Source: Candidatus Eiseniibacteriota bacterium
Lineage (GTDB): Bacteria; Eisenbacteria; RBG-16-71-46
Reading direction: 5' to 3'
Assembly: GCA_031370785.1 (NCBI GenBank)
Contig: JANMQY010000060.1
Span: 32,001 to 96,000, forward strand
DNA: 64,000 nucleotides
Part shown: positions 1 through 8,611 of the stretch, piece by piece
Position numbering within the stretch: position 1 is the stretch's first letter
Layout: each line of letters opens with the position of its first letter
Notes under the pieces: model-generated
Seen by the model: the letters and a program-made list of their open reading frames with translations, nothing else
What the model was told of the DNA's origin: nothing
The model's database searches: none
Position numbers and translations under genes: made by a program

Positions 1-275
1 TCGAACGCGGAGTAGATGAAGTCCACGAACTGGATCTCGGCGATCGGGCGCATGCCGTAGAGCGCCATGCCGATCGCGCCGCCCACGATGCCGTTCTCCG
101 CCAGCGGCGTGTCGCTCACCCGCTCGGGCCCGAACTCCGCCTGAAGGCCCTCGGTGACCCGGAACACCCCTCCGTTCCTGCCGACGTCCTCGCCGAGCAC
201 GACCACGCGCGGATCCTCGCGCAGCGCGACGCGCATCGCGTCCTGGATGGCCTGCACCATGGTCATCTGGGGCAT
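1..275 (-). CDS. 2-oxoacid (pyruvate/branched-chain) dehydrogenase E1 beta subunit, 5' part only (runs off the window)
   Basis: Not in the ORF track. Manual translation from the ATG at 275 gives [86 protein letters not shown], a typical E1-beta N-terminus. GGAG lies upstream. Confidence 0.92.
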   Translation of the reverse strand, partial: MPQMTMVQAIQDAMRVALREDPRVVVLGEDVGRNGGVFRVTEGLQAEFGPERVSDTPLAENGIVGGAIGMALYGMRPIAEIQFVDFIYSAF

Positions 276-413
276 GAGACGTCTCCAGGTGGGAAAGAGG
301 AGTGCGCAGATTAGCCGAAGGCCAGTGGGCGGGCAATGGACGCAGCCCGGGCCCCGCGTGCGCTCAGCCCCGCGAGGACACGAGGGGCGGGGTCGCGGGC
401 CCGGCCGAAATAA

Positions 414-449
414 TTAGTCTGGACAAATCCGGCTCTTAGTCTAGCCTAA
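414..449 (+). promoter_or_regulatory. Two tandem DtxR/MntR-type operator palindromes overlapping the putative promoter
   Basis: TTAGTCTGGACAAA (414-427) and TTAGTCTAGCCTAA (436-449) start 22 bp apart. They are AT-rich in a GC-rich context, resemble TTAG-N6-CTAA DtxR-family boxes, and lie just upstream of the DtxR-family gene. Confidence 0.75.
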
Positions 450-455
450 CCGCGC

Positions 456-1154
456 ATGACGACCCGACGGCCGCCCCGCACGCTTTCGCGCTCGCGCCAG
501 GACTACCTCAAGGCGCTCTACGTGTTGGACCCATCCGGCGGCGCGGTGCCTCCCTCGCGCATCGCCGCCCGTCTCGGAGTCTCCGCACCTTCGGTGACCA
601 ACATGCTGCAGACCCTCGCCGCGGAGGGGCTGGTGAATCACCCGCGCCGCGCGGGCGCGAACCTGACGGCCGAGGGGCGCCGCCAGGCGCTCACCATGGT
701 GCGCCGTCACCGCGTGCTCGAGACGTTTCTCGCGCGCGTGCTTGGTCTCGACTGGTCCGAGGTTCACGAAGAGGCCGAGGTGCTCGAGCACCACATCAGC
801 GATCGCGTGCTCGATGCGATCGACCGGCTGATGTCCCACCCGAGCGAAGATCCGCACGGGCATCCGATCCCGGACGGGCACGGGCGCCTCGCGCGCCGGG
901 CGCTCGCTCCGCTGGTCACGCTTCCGCTTGGCGCAAGGGCCACGGTGCGCGAGATCCGTGACCGCGACCGGCGGCGCATGGCGGCGTGGAAGATCGCGGG
1001 GCTGGTGCCGGGGGCGCGGGTGCGCATGTGCGAGGTGCGCGCGCTCGACGATGTCTTCGAGCTCGAGGTCGAGGGACGGCGTCTCGTGACCGGCAGCGAA
1101 GGGCTGGACGGCATACTGGTCGAGCGCAGGCGCGGGAGCGGCGATGCGCGCTGA
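456..1154 (+). CDS. mntR: DtxR/MntR family metal-dependent repressor with C-terminal FeoA/SH3-like domain
   Basis: DYLKALY...HTH (VSAPSVTNML), RRHRVLETFL, VHEEAEVLEHH, DPHGHPIP, followed by a FeoA-like domain. Confidence 0.9.
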   Translation: MTTRRPPRTLSRSRQDYLKALYVLDPSGGAVPPSRIAARLGVSAPSVTNMLQTLAAEGLVNHPRRAGANLTAEGRRQALTMVRRHRVLETFLARVLGLDWSEVHEEAEVLEHHISDRVLDAIDRLMSHPSEDPHGHPIPDGHGRLARRALAPLVTLPLGARATVREIRDRDRRRMAAWKIAGLVPGARVRMCEVRALDDVFELEVEGRRLVTGSEGLDGILVERRRGSGDAR

Positions 1155-3153
1155 CGCGGAGGGCCGCTCGCTTCCCGAGGTCCATTCCTCGGTCGCGCTG
1201 CCCGGCGTGAATCGCTCGTGGCTGCGCCGGCTGTTTGCCTTTGCGGGTCCCGCCTATCTGGTGAGCGTCGGCTACATGGATCCGGGCAACTGGGCCACCG
1301 ACCTCGCGGGCGGCGCGCGATTCGGCATGCAGCTGCTGTGGGTGCTGCTCATGAGCAACCTCATGGCGGTCCTGCTCCAGACGCTGAGCGCGCGGCTCGG
1401 GGTGGTGACCGGACGCGACCTCGCGCAGGCGTGCCGCGACTGGTATCCGCGGCCGCTGGTGGTTCCGCTGTGGCTGCTGTGCGAGGTCGCGATCGTGGCC
1501 TGCGATCTGGCCGAAGTGCTGGGCGCGGCGATCGGGCTCAAGCTCCTGTTCGGCGTGCCGCTGCTGTGGGGAGTGCTGCTGACCGCGTCCGATGTGTTGC
1601 TGCTGCTCGCGCTGTCGCGGCTCGGCATGCGCCGGCTCGAGGCGATCATCGTGGTGCTGGTCCTGACCATCGGCGGCTGCTTCGCGATCGAGATGATTCT
1701 GGCGAGGCCCGATCTGCCCGCGGTGCTGCGCGGCCTGATTCCGCGCGATCCGGAGGGACACTTCACCCTGTTCCAGGTCGGCCCCGATGGGCCGCGCGTG
1801 CTCGGGCTGAATCGCGACTCGCTCTACATCGCGATGGGAATCCTGGGCGCTACCGTGATGCCGCACAACCTCTACCTGCACAGCGCGCTGGTCCAGAGCC
1901 GCTCGGTCGAAAATTCGCCCAAGGCCAAGCGCGAAGCGTGCCGCATGAACCTGGTGGATTCCGTGGTCGCGCTCAACTGTGCCTTCTTCGTGAACGCCGC
2001 GATCCTCATACTGGCCGCGGCCGCGTTCCACACCACCGGGCATTCGGACGTGGCGAAGCTCGAGGATGCGCACCGGCTGCTTGCGCCTCTGCTCGGCACC
2101 GGACTCGCCTCGACGCTGTTCGCGGTCGCGCTGCTCAGTTCTGGACAGGCCAGCACCATCACCGGCACGCTCGCCGGACAGATCGTGCTCGAGGGATTCC
2201 TTCACATCCGCATCCGTCCGTGGCTGCGCCGCATGATCAGCCGCGGGCTGGCCATCATTCCCGCGGTGGCGTTCATCGCGATCCGCGGCACCAACGCGGT
2301 CGACGAGCTGCTGGTGCTGTCGCAGGTGGTGCTGAGCATGCAGCTGGCATTCGCTGTGGTTCCGCTGATCTCGTTCACCAGCGACCGGCGCAAGATGGGG
2401 GACTTCGTCTCGCCGTGGTGGGTGATCGGGCTCGCCTTTGTGAGCGCCACGATCATCATCGGGCTCAACGCCAATCTCGTGCTGCAGCAGTTGACCGCGT
2501 GGAATGCGGCCGCGGGCCCCGGCGGCGCGTGGTTCCTGTGGATCGTGGTGCCGCTGGTCGGCGCCCTCGCGCTGATGCTCCTCTATCTCATTCTTGCGCC
2601 GCTGATCGAACGCGTGGCGCCCCAACTGGTGCGACCCGGAATCGAGCACGTTCCCACCGGAGCTTCGCCGCATGCCGGGGGCGTGGCCGAACGGCCATCG
2701 CTCGTCACGCTACCGGCCGGCCCGCATCGTCGGGTCGCGGTCGCGCTCGAGCTGGGTCCCGCGGACGCATCGGCGCTCGAGGCCGTGCGCACGCTCGCGA
2801 TGGACGCGGACGGCGAGGTGATCCTGCTGCACGTGGTCGAGAGCGCGGCGGGGCAATACCTCGGTCCCGAGGCTGCGGACGCCGAGGCGCGCGAGGATCG
2901 CGCCACGCTCGAGTCGCTGGCCGAGGAGCTGCGCGCGCGCGGGCTGCGCTCGCGCGTCAGACTCGGGTTCGGCAGCGTGACGTCCGAGCTGGCCCGCATG
3001 GTCAATGAGGAGGGCGCCGATCTGCTCGTCACCGGTTCCCACGGGCACCGGTTGATCGGAGACCTGATCCACGGCTCGACCATCTCGGGCCTGCGTCACC
3101 TCGTGCGCTGCCCGGTGCTGACCGTGCCCACGGCGGGTCGACCTCGCGCCTAG
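1144..3153 (+). CDS. mntH: Nramp-family divalent metal transporter with C-terminal universal stress protein domain
   Basis: GYMDPGNWATD, GATVMPHNLYLHS, GQASTITGTLAGQ; C-terminal USP motifs (LLHVVES, DLLVTGSHGHR...HGSTI...CPVLTV). Confidence 0.93.
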   Translation: MRADAEGRSLPEVHSSVALPGVNRSWLRRLFAFAGPAYLVSVGYMDPGNWATDLAGGARFGMQLLWVLLMSNLMAVLLQTLSARLGVVTGRDLAQACRDWYPRPLVVPLWLLCEVAIVACDLAEVLGAAIGLKLLFGVPLLWGVLLTASDVLLLLALSRLGMRRLEAIIVVLVLTIGGCFAIEMILARPDLPAVLRGLIPRDPEGHFTLFQVGPDGPRVLGLNRDSLYIAMGILGATVMPHNLYLHSALVQSRSVENSPKAKREACRMNLVDSVVALNCAFFVNAAILILAAAAFHTTGHSDVAKLEDAHRLLAPLLGTGLASTLFAVALLSSGQASTITGTLAGQIVLEGFLHIRIRPWLRRMISRGLAIIPAVAFIAIRGTNAVDELLVLSQVVLSMQLAFAVVPLISFTSDRRKMGDFVSPWWVIGLAFVSATIIIGLNANLVLQQLTAWNAAAGPGGAWFLWIVVPLVGALALMLLYLILAPLIERVAPQLVRPGIEHVPTGASPHAGGVAERPSLVTLPAGPHRRVAVALELGPADASALEAVRTLAMDADGEVILLHVVESAAGQYLGPEAADAEAREDRATLESLAEELRARGLRSRVRLGFGSVTSELARMVNEEGADLLVTGSHGHRLIGDLIHGSTISGLRHLVRCPVLTVPTAGRPRA

Positions 3154-3154
3154 G

Positions 3155-3183
3155 TTGAACCAGCGGGGGTCGGGTCCTAGAAT
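3155..3183 (+). promoter_or_regulatory. Putative sigma70-type promoter
   Basis: TTGAAC-N17-TAGAAT upstream of the 3261 CDS. Confidence 0.6.
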
Positions 3184-3260
3184 GCGCGCTCGCTTCCCGC
3201 GCAACTCACGCACCCGATGGGAGAGCCCGCCTTGCGCCGTCCTTCCGGATCGAACTCGAG

Positions 3261-3746
3261 ATGAGCGATCGCCTGATCCACGGCGCGGTCGCCGCGACCT
3301 GCGCCGATGTGGTCGATGCCGGAATGGACCTGCTCGCGCACTACGAGTTGGCGGCGCTCGCGGTGCTCGATGGGCACGAGCGTCCGGGCGAGCTGCCGCA
3401 GGTGAGGCGCCGGCTGCGCGCCGAGGGCATTCGCGCCAGCGAGCACCGCGGTGTGCTGCTGCTCGCCCCGGGCGAGCTGGATCAGTGCTCGTCCATCGGA
3501 CTTCTGGGCGGCGCGGAAGAGATCTTCCTGTGCTCGGAGTGGAACGACGAGTTCGAGTCCTTCCCCGGGCGCATCGCGGGCGAAGGGCTGAACTTCGAGG
3601 AGAGCACTCCGCTCGGGCTCGAGGAATGGATGATCGACGCGCACTGCCTTCTCGCGATCGGCGATGGGCGCCTGCTCAACTTTGCGACCCTGGATCGCGA
3701 ACTGGCGGCGAGACTGCGCAAGCGCTTCAAGCCCGCTCGTCGCTGA
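3261..3746 (+). CDS. Hypothetical protein (161 aa)
   Basis: Protein-like acidic composition; lies between a promoter and the hydrolase gene; no recognisable motif. Confidence 0.7.
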   Translation: MSDRLIHGAVAATCADVVDAGMDLLAHYELAALAVLDGHERPGELPQVRRRLRAEGIRASEHRGVLLLAPGELDQCSSIGLLGGAEEIFLCSEWNDEFESFPGRIAGEGLNFEESTPLGLEEWMIDAHCLLAIGDGRLLNFATLDRELAARLRKRFKPARR

Positions 3747-3753
3747 TCTCCGC

Positions 3754-4413
3754 ATGACCGGTGGCGGCACTCGGCTCGTTCCGCTGACCCTGGCGGGCCC
3801 CTCAGGCGCGCTCGAAGCGCTGCTGCAGGAGCACGCTGGCCAGCGCGCCGCGCTGGCCGCGCTGGTATGCCATCCGCATCCGCTCTACGGCGGCACGCTC
3901 CACAACAAGGTGGTGCACCGCATCGCCTCCACGCTGCATGCGCTGGGGTCGACCGTACTGCGCTTCAATTTTCGCGGGGTGGGAAAGAGCGAAGGACGCT
4001 ACGACAATGGCGAGGGCGAGCTCGACGATGCGCGCGCGGCGCTCGCCGAGCTGCGGCGCCGCGTCCCCGCAGCCCGCTGCTGGGTCGCTGGCTTTTCGTT
4101 CGGCTCCTGGATCGCGGCGCGCCTTGCGGCTTCCGCCGCCGAGGTCGAGCGCCTGATCCTGGTGGCGCCTCCGGTTTCGACGCAGGACTTCTCGGTGCTC
4201 CGCACCGCGAGCGTGCCCAAGCTGATCATCCAGGGCACGGCGGACGTCACCTGCCGGCCCCAGGAGCTGGCGAAGCAGCTGCCGCTCTGGGCCGAACCGA
4301 AGCGGCTGATCCTGATCGAAGGCGCCTCGCACTTCTTCGATCGCCAGCTCGGGGCGCTGGGGGAGGCGCTCCAGCGCGAGCTCGAAGGTCCGGCGAAGCA
4401 CCCCTCGCGCTGA
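3754..4413 (+). CDS. Alpha/beta hydrolase
   Basis: CHPHPLYGGT, RFNFRGVGKSEG, nucleophile GFSFG, QGTAD, GASHFF. Start trimmed to the ATG at 3754. Confidence 0.88.
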   Translation: MTGGGTRLVPLTLAGPSGALEALLQEHAGQRAALAALVCHPHPLYGGTLHNKVVHRIASTLHALGSTVLRFNFRGVGKSEGRYDNGEGELDDARAALAELRRRVPAARCWVAGFSFGSWIAARLAASAAEVERLILVAPPVSTQDFSVLRTASVPKLIIQGTADVTCRPQELAKQLPLWAEPKRLILIEGASHFFDRQLGALGEALQRELEGPAKHPSR

Positions 4414-4435
4414 AGCAGGCGCCGGCGCTGCGCGC

Positions 4436-5356
4436 TCAGCCCTCGGCCTTGAGTCCGCCGCCTTCGCGCGCGCGGGCGCGCTCGCTTTCGAGCGCGGGCT
4501 CGACGTGCACCACGACGTCGGTGAGCCCGAGCCAGCGCTCGCGCAGCCGGCGCTCCACGCGATGGCCGATCGCATGCGCTGCGGCGAGCGACAGCTCGGG
4601 GTCGACCAGGATGTGAAGGTCGAGGTGGATGTCATCGAGCGGGCCGCGCGAGCGAACGTTGTGCGCCTCGATCACGCCCGGCTCCTCGATCGCGGTCTGC
4701 TCGATCAGCTCGGGCGCGATGCGGCGCTCGTCCGACAGCGTCGAGAGCGTGCCCTTCAGGAGCCCGAAGCCGGCGTGCAGGATGAGCACCACGATCAGCG
4801 CTGCCGCAACGAGGTCGGCGTAGGGAACGTGAAGGCGGGCGGCAGCGAAGCTGACCAGCACCAGCAGGCTCGCGAACACGTCGCTGCGCGTGTGCGCGGC
4901 GTCGGCCAGCAGAAGCTCGCTCTGAAGTATTCGCCCTTCGCGGCTCTCGACCGCGACCACGATCAGATTGATCACGAGCGTGAGCGAGAGAACGATGAAC
5001 GCTTCGAGCGTGATGTGTGGCGCCTGCCCCTGCTTCATCTGGGCGGCCGCGGTCAGCACCAGCTGGTAGCAGCCGAAGAACATGACGCCGGCCACTCCGA
5101 GCGCGGCAAAGGTCTCGTACTTGCGGTGTCCGTACGGATGGTTGGCGTCGGGCGGGCGGCTCGAGGCGAAGATACCGATCAGCGCGACCACGTTGCCCGA
5201 GGCGTCGATCAGAGAGTGGATCCCATCGGCGGTCAGGGCGACCGCGCCAACCCGCATCCCGTAGAACAGCTTGGCGAGCGCGACCAGCAGATTGAGGCCG
5301 AGGATCGCCCACAGGACGCGAATGACGCGGCGCGTGCGCGGGGTGGGTTTGTTCAA
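4436..5356 (-). CDS. Cation diffusion facilitator (CDF) family transporter
   Basis: ADGIHSLID, PPDANHPYGHRKYE, ADAAHTRSD, C-terminal HNVRSRG...DLHILV...VHVEP. TTG start chosen after an AAGGAG RBS. Confidence 0.9.
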   Translation of the reverse strand: MNKPTPRTRRVIRVLWAILGLNLLVALAKLFYGMRVGAVALTADGIHSLIDASGNVVALIGIFASSRPPDANHPYGHRKYETFAALGVAGVMFFGCYQLVLTAAAQMKQGQAPHITLEAFIVLSLTLVINLIVVAVESREGRILQSELLLADAAHTRSDVFASLLVLVSFAAARLHVPYADLVAAALIVVLILHAGFGLLKGTLSTLSDERRIAPELIEQTAIEEPGVIEAHNVRSRGPLDDIHLDLHILVDPELSLAAAHAIGHRVERRLRERWLGLTDVVVHVEPALESERARAREGGGLKAEG

Positions 5357-5614
5357 CCGGGAACTCCTTGCGGGGTCGGGCCGTCGAGCCGAGCGGCCGC
5401 CTGAGGGTACCGAGACCCTGCGCATCATGAACTGCGCGGCGCACCTGCGCAAATCCGGGGTCGCGCTCGTCGCCGATGCCGGCGCGCTGGTCCGCGCGGG
5501 TCGACCCCTTACCGTGTCCTCCGGTATGGTCGTTCGTCCCTGCCTGTGACGGGCGGATCGGACCGTGCCGGGATTGCGGCATCCAACTCGACTCGCCCCC
5601 CTGAAGGAGGTTGA

Positions 5615-7087
5615 TTGAATCGCAAACGCATCTGGATCGCGGTCGGGGTGGTTGCCGTGGTCGTCGTCGCGGGATGGTGGATCAAGTCGCGCGGCAAGAC
5701 CACCGCACCGAAGTGGCGGACCGCCACGGTCGAGCGCGGATCGATCGAATCGCTGGTGTCCGCAACCGGCACCATCCGCCCGGTGGTTCAGGTACAGGTG
5801 GGCAGCCAGGTGAGCGGCACGGTCCTCGCGCTCTACGCCGACTACAACAAGCGCGTGAAGAAGGGTGACGTGCTGCTGCGGCTCGATCCCGCGTCCTTCC
5901 AGGCGCGCCTCGCGCAGAACGAAGCGGCGGTCGCGCGCGCCGATGCGGCGCTCAGGGATGCGCAGCGCCAGCTCAAGCGCGCGCAGGAGCTGTTTCCGCA
6001 GAGCTATATCTCTCAGGCCGAGCTGGACGGGGCCATGCTTGCGGTCGAACAGCGTCAGGCCGACCTCAAGCAGGCGCGAGCGACACTTCAGGCCGCGCAG
6101 GTGGACCTGACCAACGCCACCATCCGCGCGCCGATCGACGGGGTCGTGATCTCGCGCTCGGTGGATGTCGGGCAGACCGTCGCGGCCAGCCTCCAGTCGC
6201 CGCAGCTCTTCCTGCTCGCGAACGACCTCACGCAGATGCAGGTCGAGACGCGCATCGACGAGTCGGACATCGGCCGCATCCATCCGGGGCTCCCGGTAAG
6301 CTTCACCGTGGATGCGTTTCCCGACGATCAATTCGAGGGCAAGGTGGCGCAGGTGCGGCTCGAGCCCATCACCGACCAGGGCGTGGTCACTTACACCACC
6401 GTGATCGAGGCGAACAATCGGGATCTGAAATTGCGCCCGGGCATGACCGCGAACGTGTCGGTGCTCGTGGATCAGCGTGACGACGTGCTCAAGGTTCCCG
6501 CGGTGGCCCTGCGCTTCCGCCCGCCCGCGGACACGAAGAATCGCGCAGCCCGGGACGCGACCCCCGCGACCGGCGGCGCCGCGGCATCGCCGGCCCCCGG
6601 TGCTGCGGCCTCGAGCGCCGGCGCGACAACCGGGGATGCGGGCGCGCAGGCAGGCGGTCGCGGGCGGTGGCGAGCCGGTGGTGGCGCGGGCTCGGACTCG
6701 GCCGGGGCGCGCATCCGCGCACTGGTACAGAGCGGAAAGATCACGCGCGATCAGGGGCGCATCATGTTCCAGCAGCTGCGCTCGAACGGCAGTGGCGCAG
6801 CCGGCGGCGCGGCCGCGGGCGCGGGACGCACGAATCTCAAGCCCGGCACGATCTATGTTCTTCGCGACGGCAAGCCGCAACCGGTACGCGTGCTCACCGG
6901 TATCACTGACGGCACGACGGTCGAATTGGTCAGCGATCAGATCAAGCCTGGCGACATCGTGGTCACCGGGCAGGAGCTCGCGGCCGCGACCGGTCCCGCA
7001 CTGACTCCGCCCCCCGGTATGGGCGGTCCCGTCTTCCGCGGCCCGGGCGGTGGACGCGGCGGCGCCGGAGGCGGGAAAGGGCGATGA
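5615..7087 (+). CDS. MacA-like efflux periplasmic adaptor subunit
   Basis: N-terminal TM; VQVGSQVSG, IRAPIDGVVI, VDAFPD, LRPGMTANV; Gly/Ala-rich insert; GAAGGAGG RBS before TTG. Confidence 0.9.
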   Translation: MNRKRIWIAVGVVAVVVVAGWWIKSRGKTTAPKWRTATVERGSIESLVSATGTIRPVVQVQVGSQVSGTVLALYADYNKRVKKGDVLLRLDPASFQARLAQNEAAVARADAALRDAQRQLKRAQELFPQSYISQAELDGAMLAVEQRQADLKQARATLQAAQVDLTNATIRAPIDGVVISRSVDVGQTVAASLQSPQLFLLANDLTQMQVETRIDESDIGRIHPGLPVSFTVDAFPDDQFEGKVAQVRLEPITDQGVVTYTTVIEANNRDLKLRPGMTANVSVLVDQRDDVLKVPAVALRFRPPADTKNRAARDATPATGGAAASPAPGAAASSAGATTGDAGAQAGGRGRWRAGGGAGSDSAGARIRALVQSGKITRDQGRIMFQQLRSNGSGAAGGAAAGAGRTNLKPGTIYVLRDGKPQPVRVLTGITDGTTVELVSDQIKPGDIVVTGQELAAATGPALTPPPGMGGPVFRGPGGGRGGAGGGKGR

Positions 7088-8301
7088 TCTTCAGCTCGCT
7101 GCTTGCCCTTGGCGTTCAGGCGCTGTCGCGCAACCGCCTTCGCTCCGCACTCACCGTGCTCGGCATCGTGATCGGGGTCGCGGCGGTGATCGCGACGCTG
7201 GCGATCGGCCAGGGCGCGCGTGCCGCGGTTCAGGCGCAGATCCGCGCGCTGGGCGCGAACGTATTGACCGTGCTTCCGGGCACCATGACCGCGGGCGGTG
7301 TGCGCATGGGTTCGGGCAGCACTATCACGCTCACGCCTGACGACGCGATCGCGATCCGGCGCGAGTGCCCGGCGCTGGCCGCGGCCGCTCCCGCGGTTCG
7401 CACCACCGCGCAGCTGGTCGCGGCCAATCAGAACTGGAGCACGCAGGTCCAGGGCACGACCGCCGACTATCCCATCATCCGTTCGTGGCCGGTGGCGGAC
7501 GGGGTCTTCATCTCGGATTCGGACGTGCGTGGCGCCGCCAAGGTCTGCGTGCTCGGCCAGAAGGTGGCGCAGGCGCTGTTCCAGGGCGCAGACCCGATCG
7601 GGGCGACGATTCGCATCAAGAACATTCCATTCCGCGTGGTCGGTGTGATGTCGCTGAAGGGTGGCACGGGCTTCGGCGGGGATCAGGACGACGTGGTGTT
7701 CATTCCGCTCACCACCGCCCAGCACAAGCTGCTCGGCATCACTCACGTCAATTCGATCCTGGTCTCCGCGGTCAGCGAGTCGCAGGTCGACGCGGCGGTG
7801 ACTCAGATCAGCGAGCTGCTGCGCCAGCGTCACAAGATCAGGCCCGGCACCGACGACGACTTCTTCATTTTCAATCAGAAGGACATCGCCACCACCGCGG
7901 AATCCAGCTCCAAGGTGATGACCCTCCTTCTCGCCAGCATCGCCGCGGTTTCGCTGCTGGTCGGCGGCATCGGGATCATGAACATCATGCTGGTCTCGGT
8001 CACCGAGCGCACCCGCGAGATCGGGATCCGCCGCGCGATCGGGGCAAGGCGGAACGACATCCTGCTTCAGTTCCTGGTCGAGGCCGCGTTCCTCTCGCTG
8101 GCTGGCGGAGCGCTGGGCGTGGCGCTCGGCATCGTGTCCGCGGTGCTGGTCACGCAGATCGCGCGCTGGCCGACCATGATCCAGCCCTCTTCGGTGCTGC
8201 TGGCGTTCGGATTCGCGAGCCTGGTGGGATTGTTCTTCGGCTTCTACCCCGCGCGCCGCGCCTCGAAGCTCGATCCGATCGACGCCCTGCGCTACGAGTA
8301 G
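7084..8301 (+). CDS. MacB/FtsX-family ABC transporter permease (no fused ATPase)
   Basis: RSALTVLGIVIGVAAV, GGIGIMNIMLVSVTERTREIGIR, PARRASKLDPIDALRYE; ATGA overlap with the adaptor gene. Confidence 0.92.
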   Translation: MIFSSLLALGVQALSRNRLRSALTVLGIVIGVAAVIATLAIGQGARAAVQAQIRALGANVLTVLPGTMTAGGVRMGSGSTITLTPDDAIAIRRECPALAAAAPAVRTTAQLVAANQNWSTQVQGTTADYPIIRSWPVADGVFISDSDVRGAAKVCVLGQKVAQALFQGADPIGATIRIKNIPFRVVGVMSLKGGTGFGGDQDDVVFIPLTTAQHKLLGITHVNSILVSAVSESQVDAAVTQISELLRQRHKIRPGTDDDFFIFNQKDIATTAESSSKVMTLLLASIAAVSLLVGGIGIMNIMLVSVTERTREIGIRRAIGARRNDILLQFLVEAAFLSLAGGALGVALGIVSAVLVTQIARWPTMIQPSSVLLAFGFASLVGLFFGFYPARRASKLDPIDALRYE

Positions 8302-8427
8302 CGCTCAGCGAACGACGGCGCCAGACTCAGTGCGGGCACATCCACCCAGGTCTCGGCGGTGACGCGATCGATGCCGCCGTCGAGGTACCCGAGGCGATAC
8401 GCGTAGCGCTGTCCCGGGGACCTCGGC
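8292..8427 (-). pseudogene. Probable gene remnant of a secreted multidomain protein
   Basis: A start-less frame reads PGQRYAYRLGYLDGGIDRVTAETWVDVPALSLA with coding-like codon usage; there is an apparent 1-nt frameshift just upstream (GCC GAG GTC CC CCG GGA). Confidence 0.4.
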
Positions 8428-8611
8428 CTTCCTGCGCGATGCGATCGATCAGAAGGGCTCGACTGGCCGGGCAGCTTCGTGCTCCACTATGCAGGTTCAT
8501 CCGGGGCTACTCTCTTCGGGGTTGGAATGGCCTTAGACACCACCCAACTTTCAGCAGAAGGACCCCGGGTGAATCAACTACCCCTGTGAGCAACCTTCTG
8601 AGACTTCACAT

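Noticed and set aside
5357..5614. Metal-sensing riboswitch or small ORF between the CDF and MacA genes
   Set aside because: GC hairpins are present, but there is no recognisable NiCo or yybP-ykoY consensus and no convincing RBS or codon pattern.
4436..6880. 814-aa ORF suggesting a CDF transporter with a huge N-terminal extension
   Set aside because: The extension is the antisense shadow of the MacA-like gene; an RBS plus TTG at 5356 gives a normal-length CDF.
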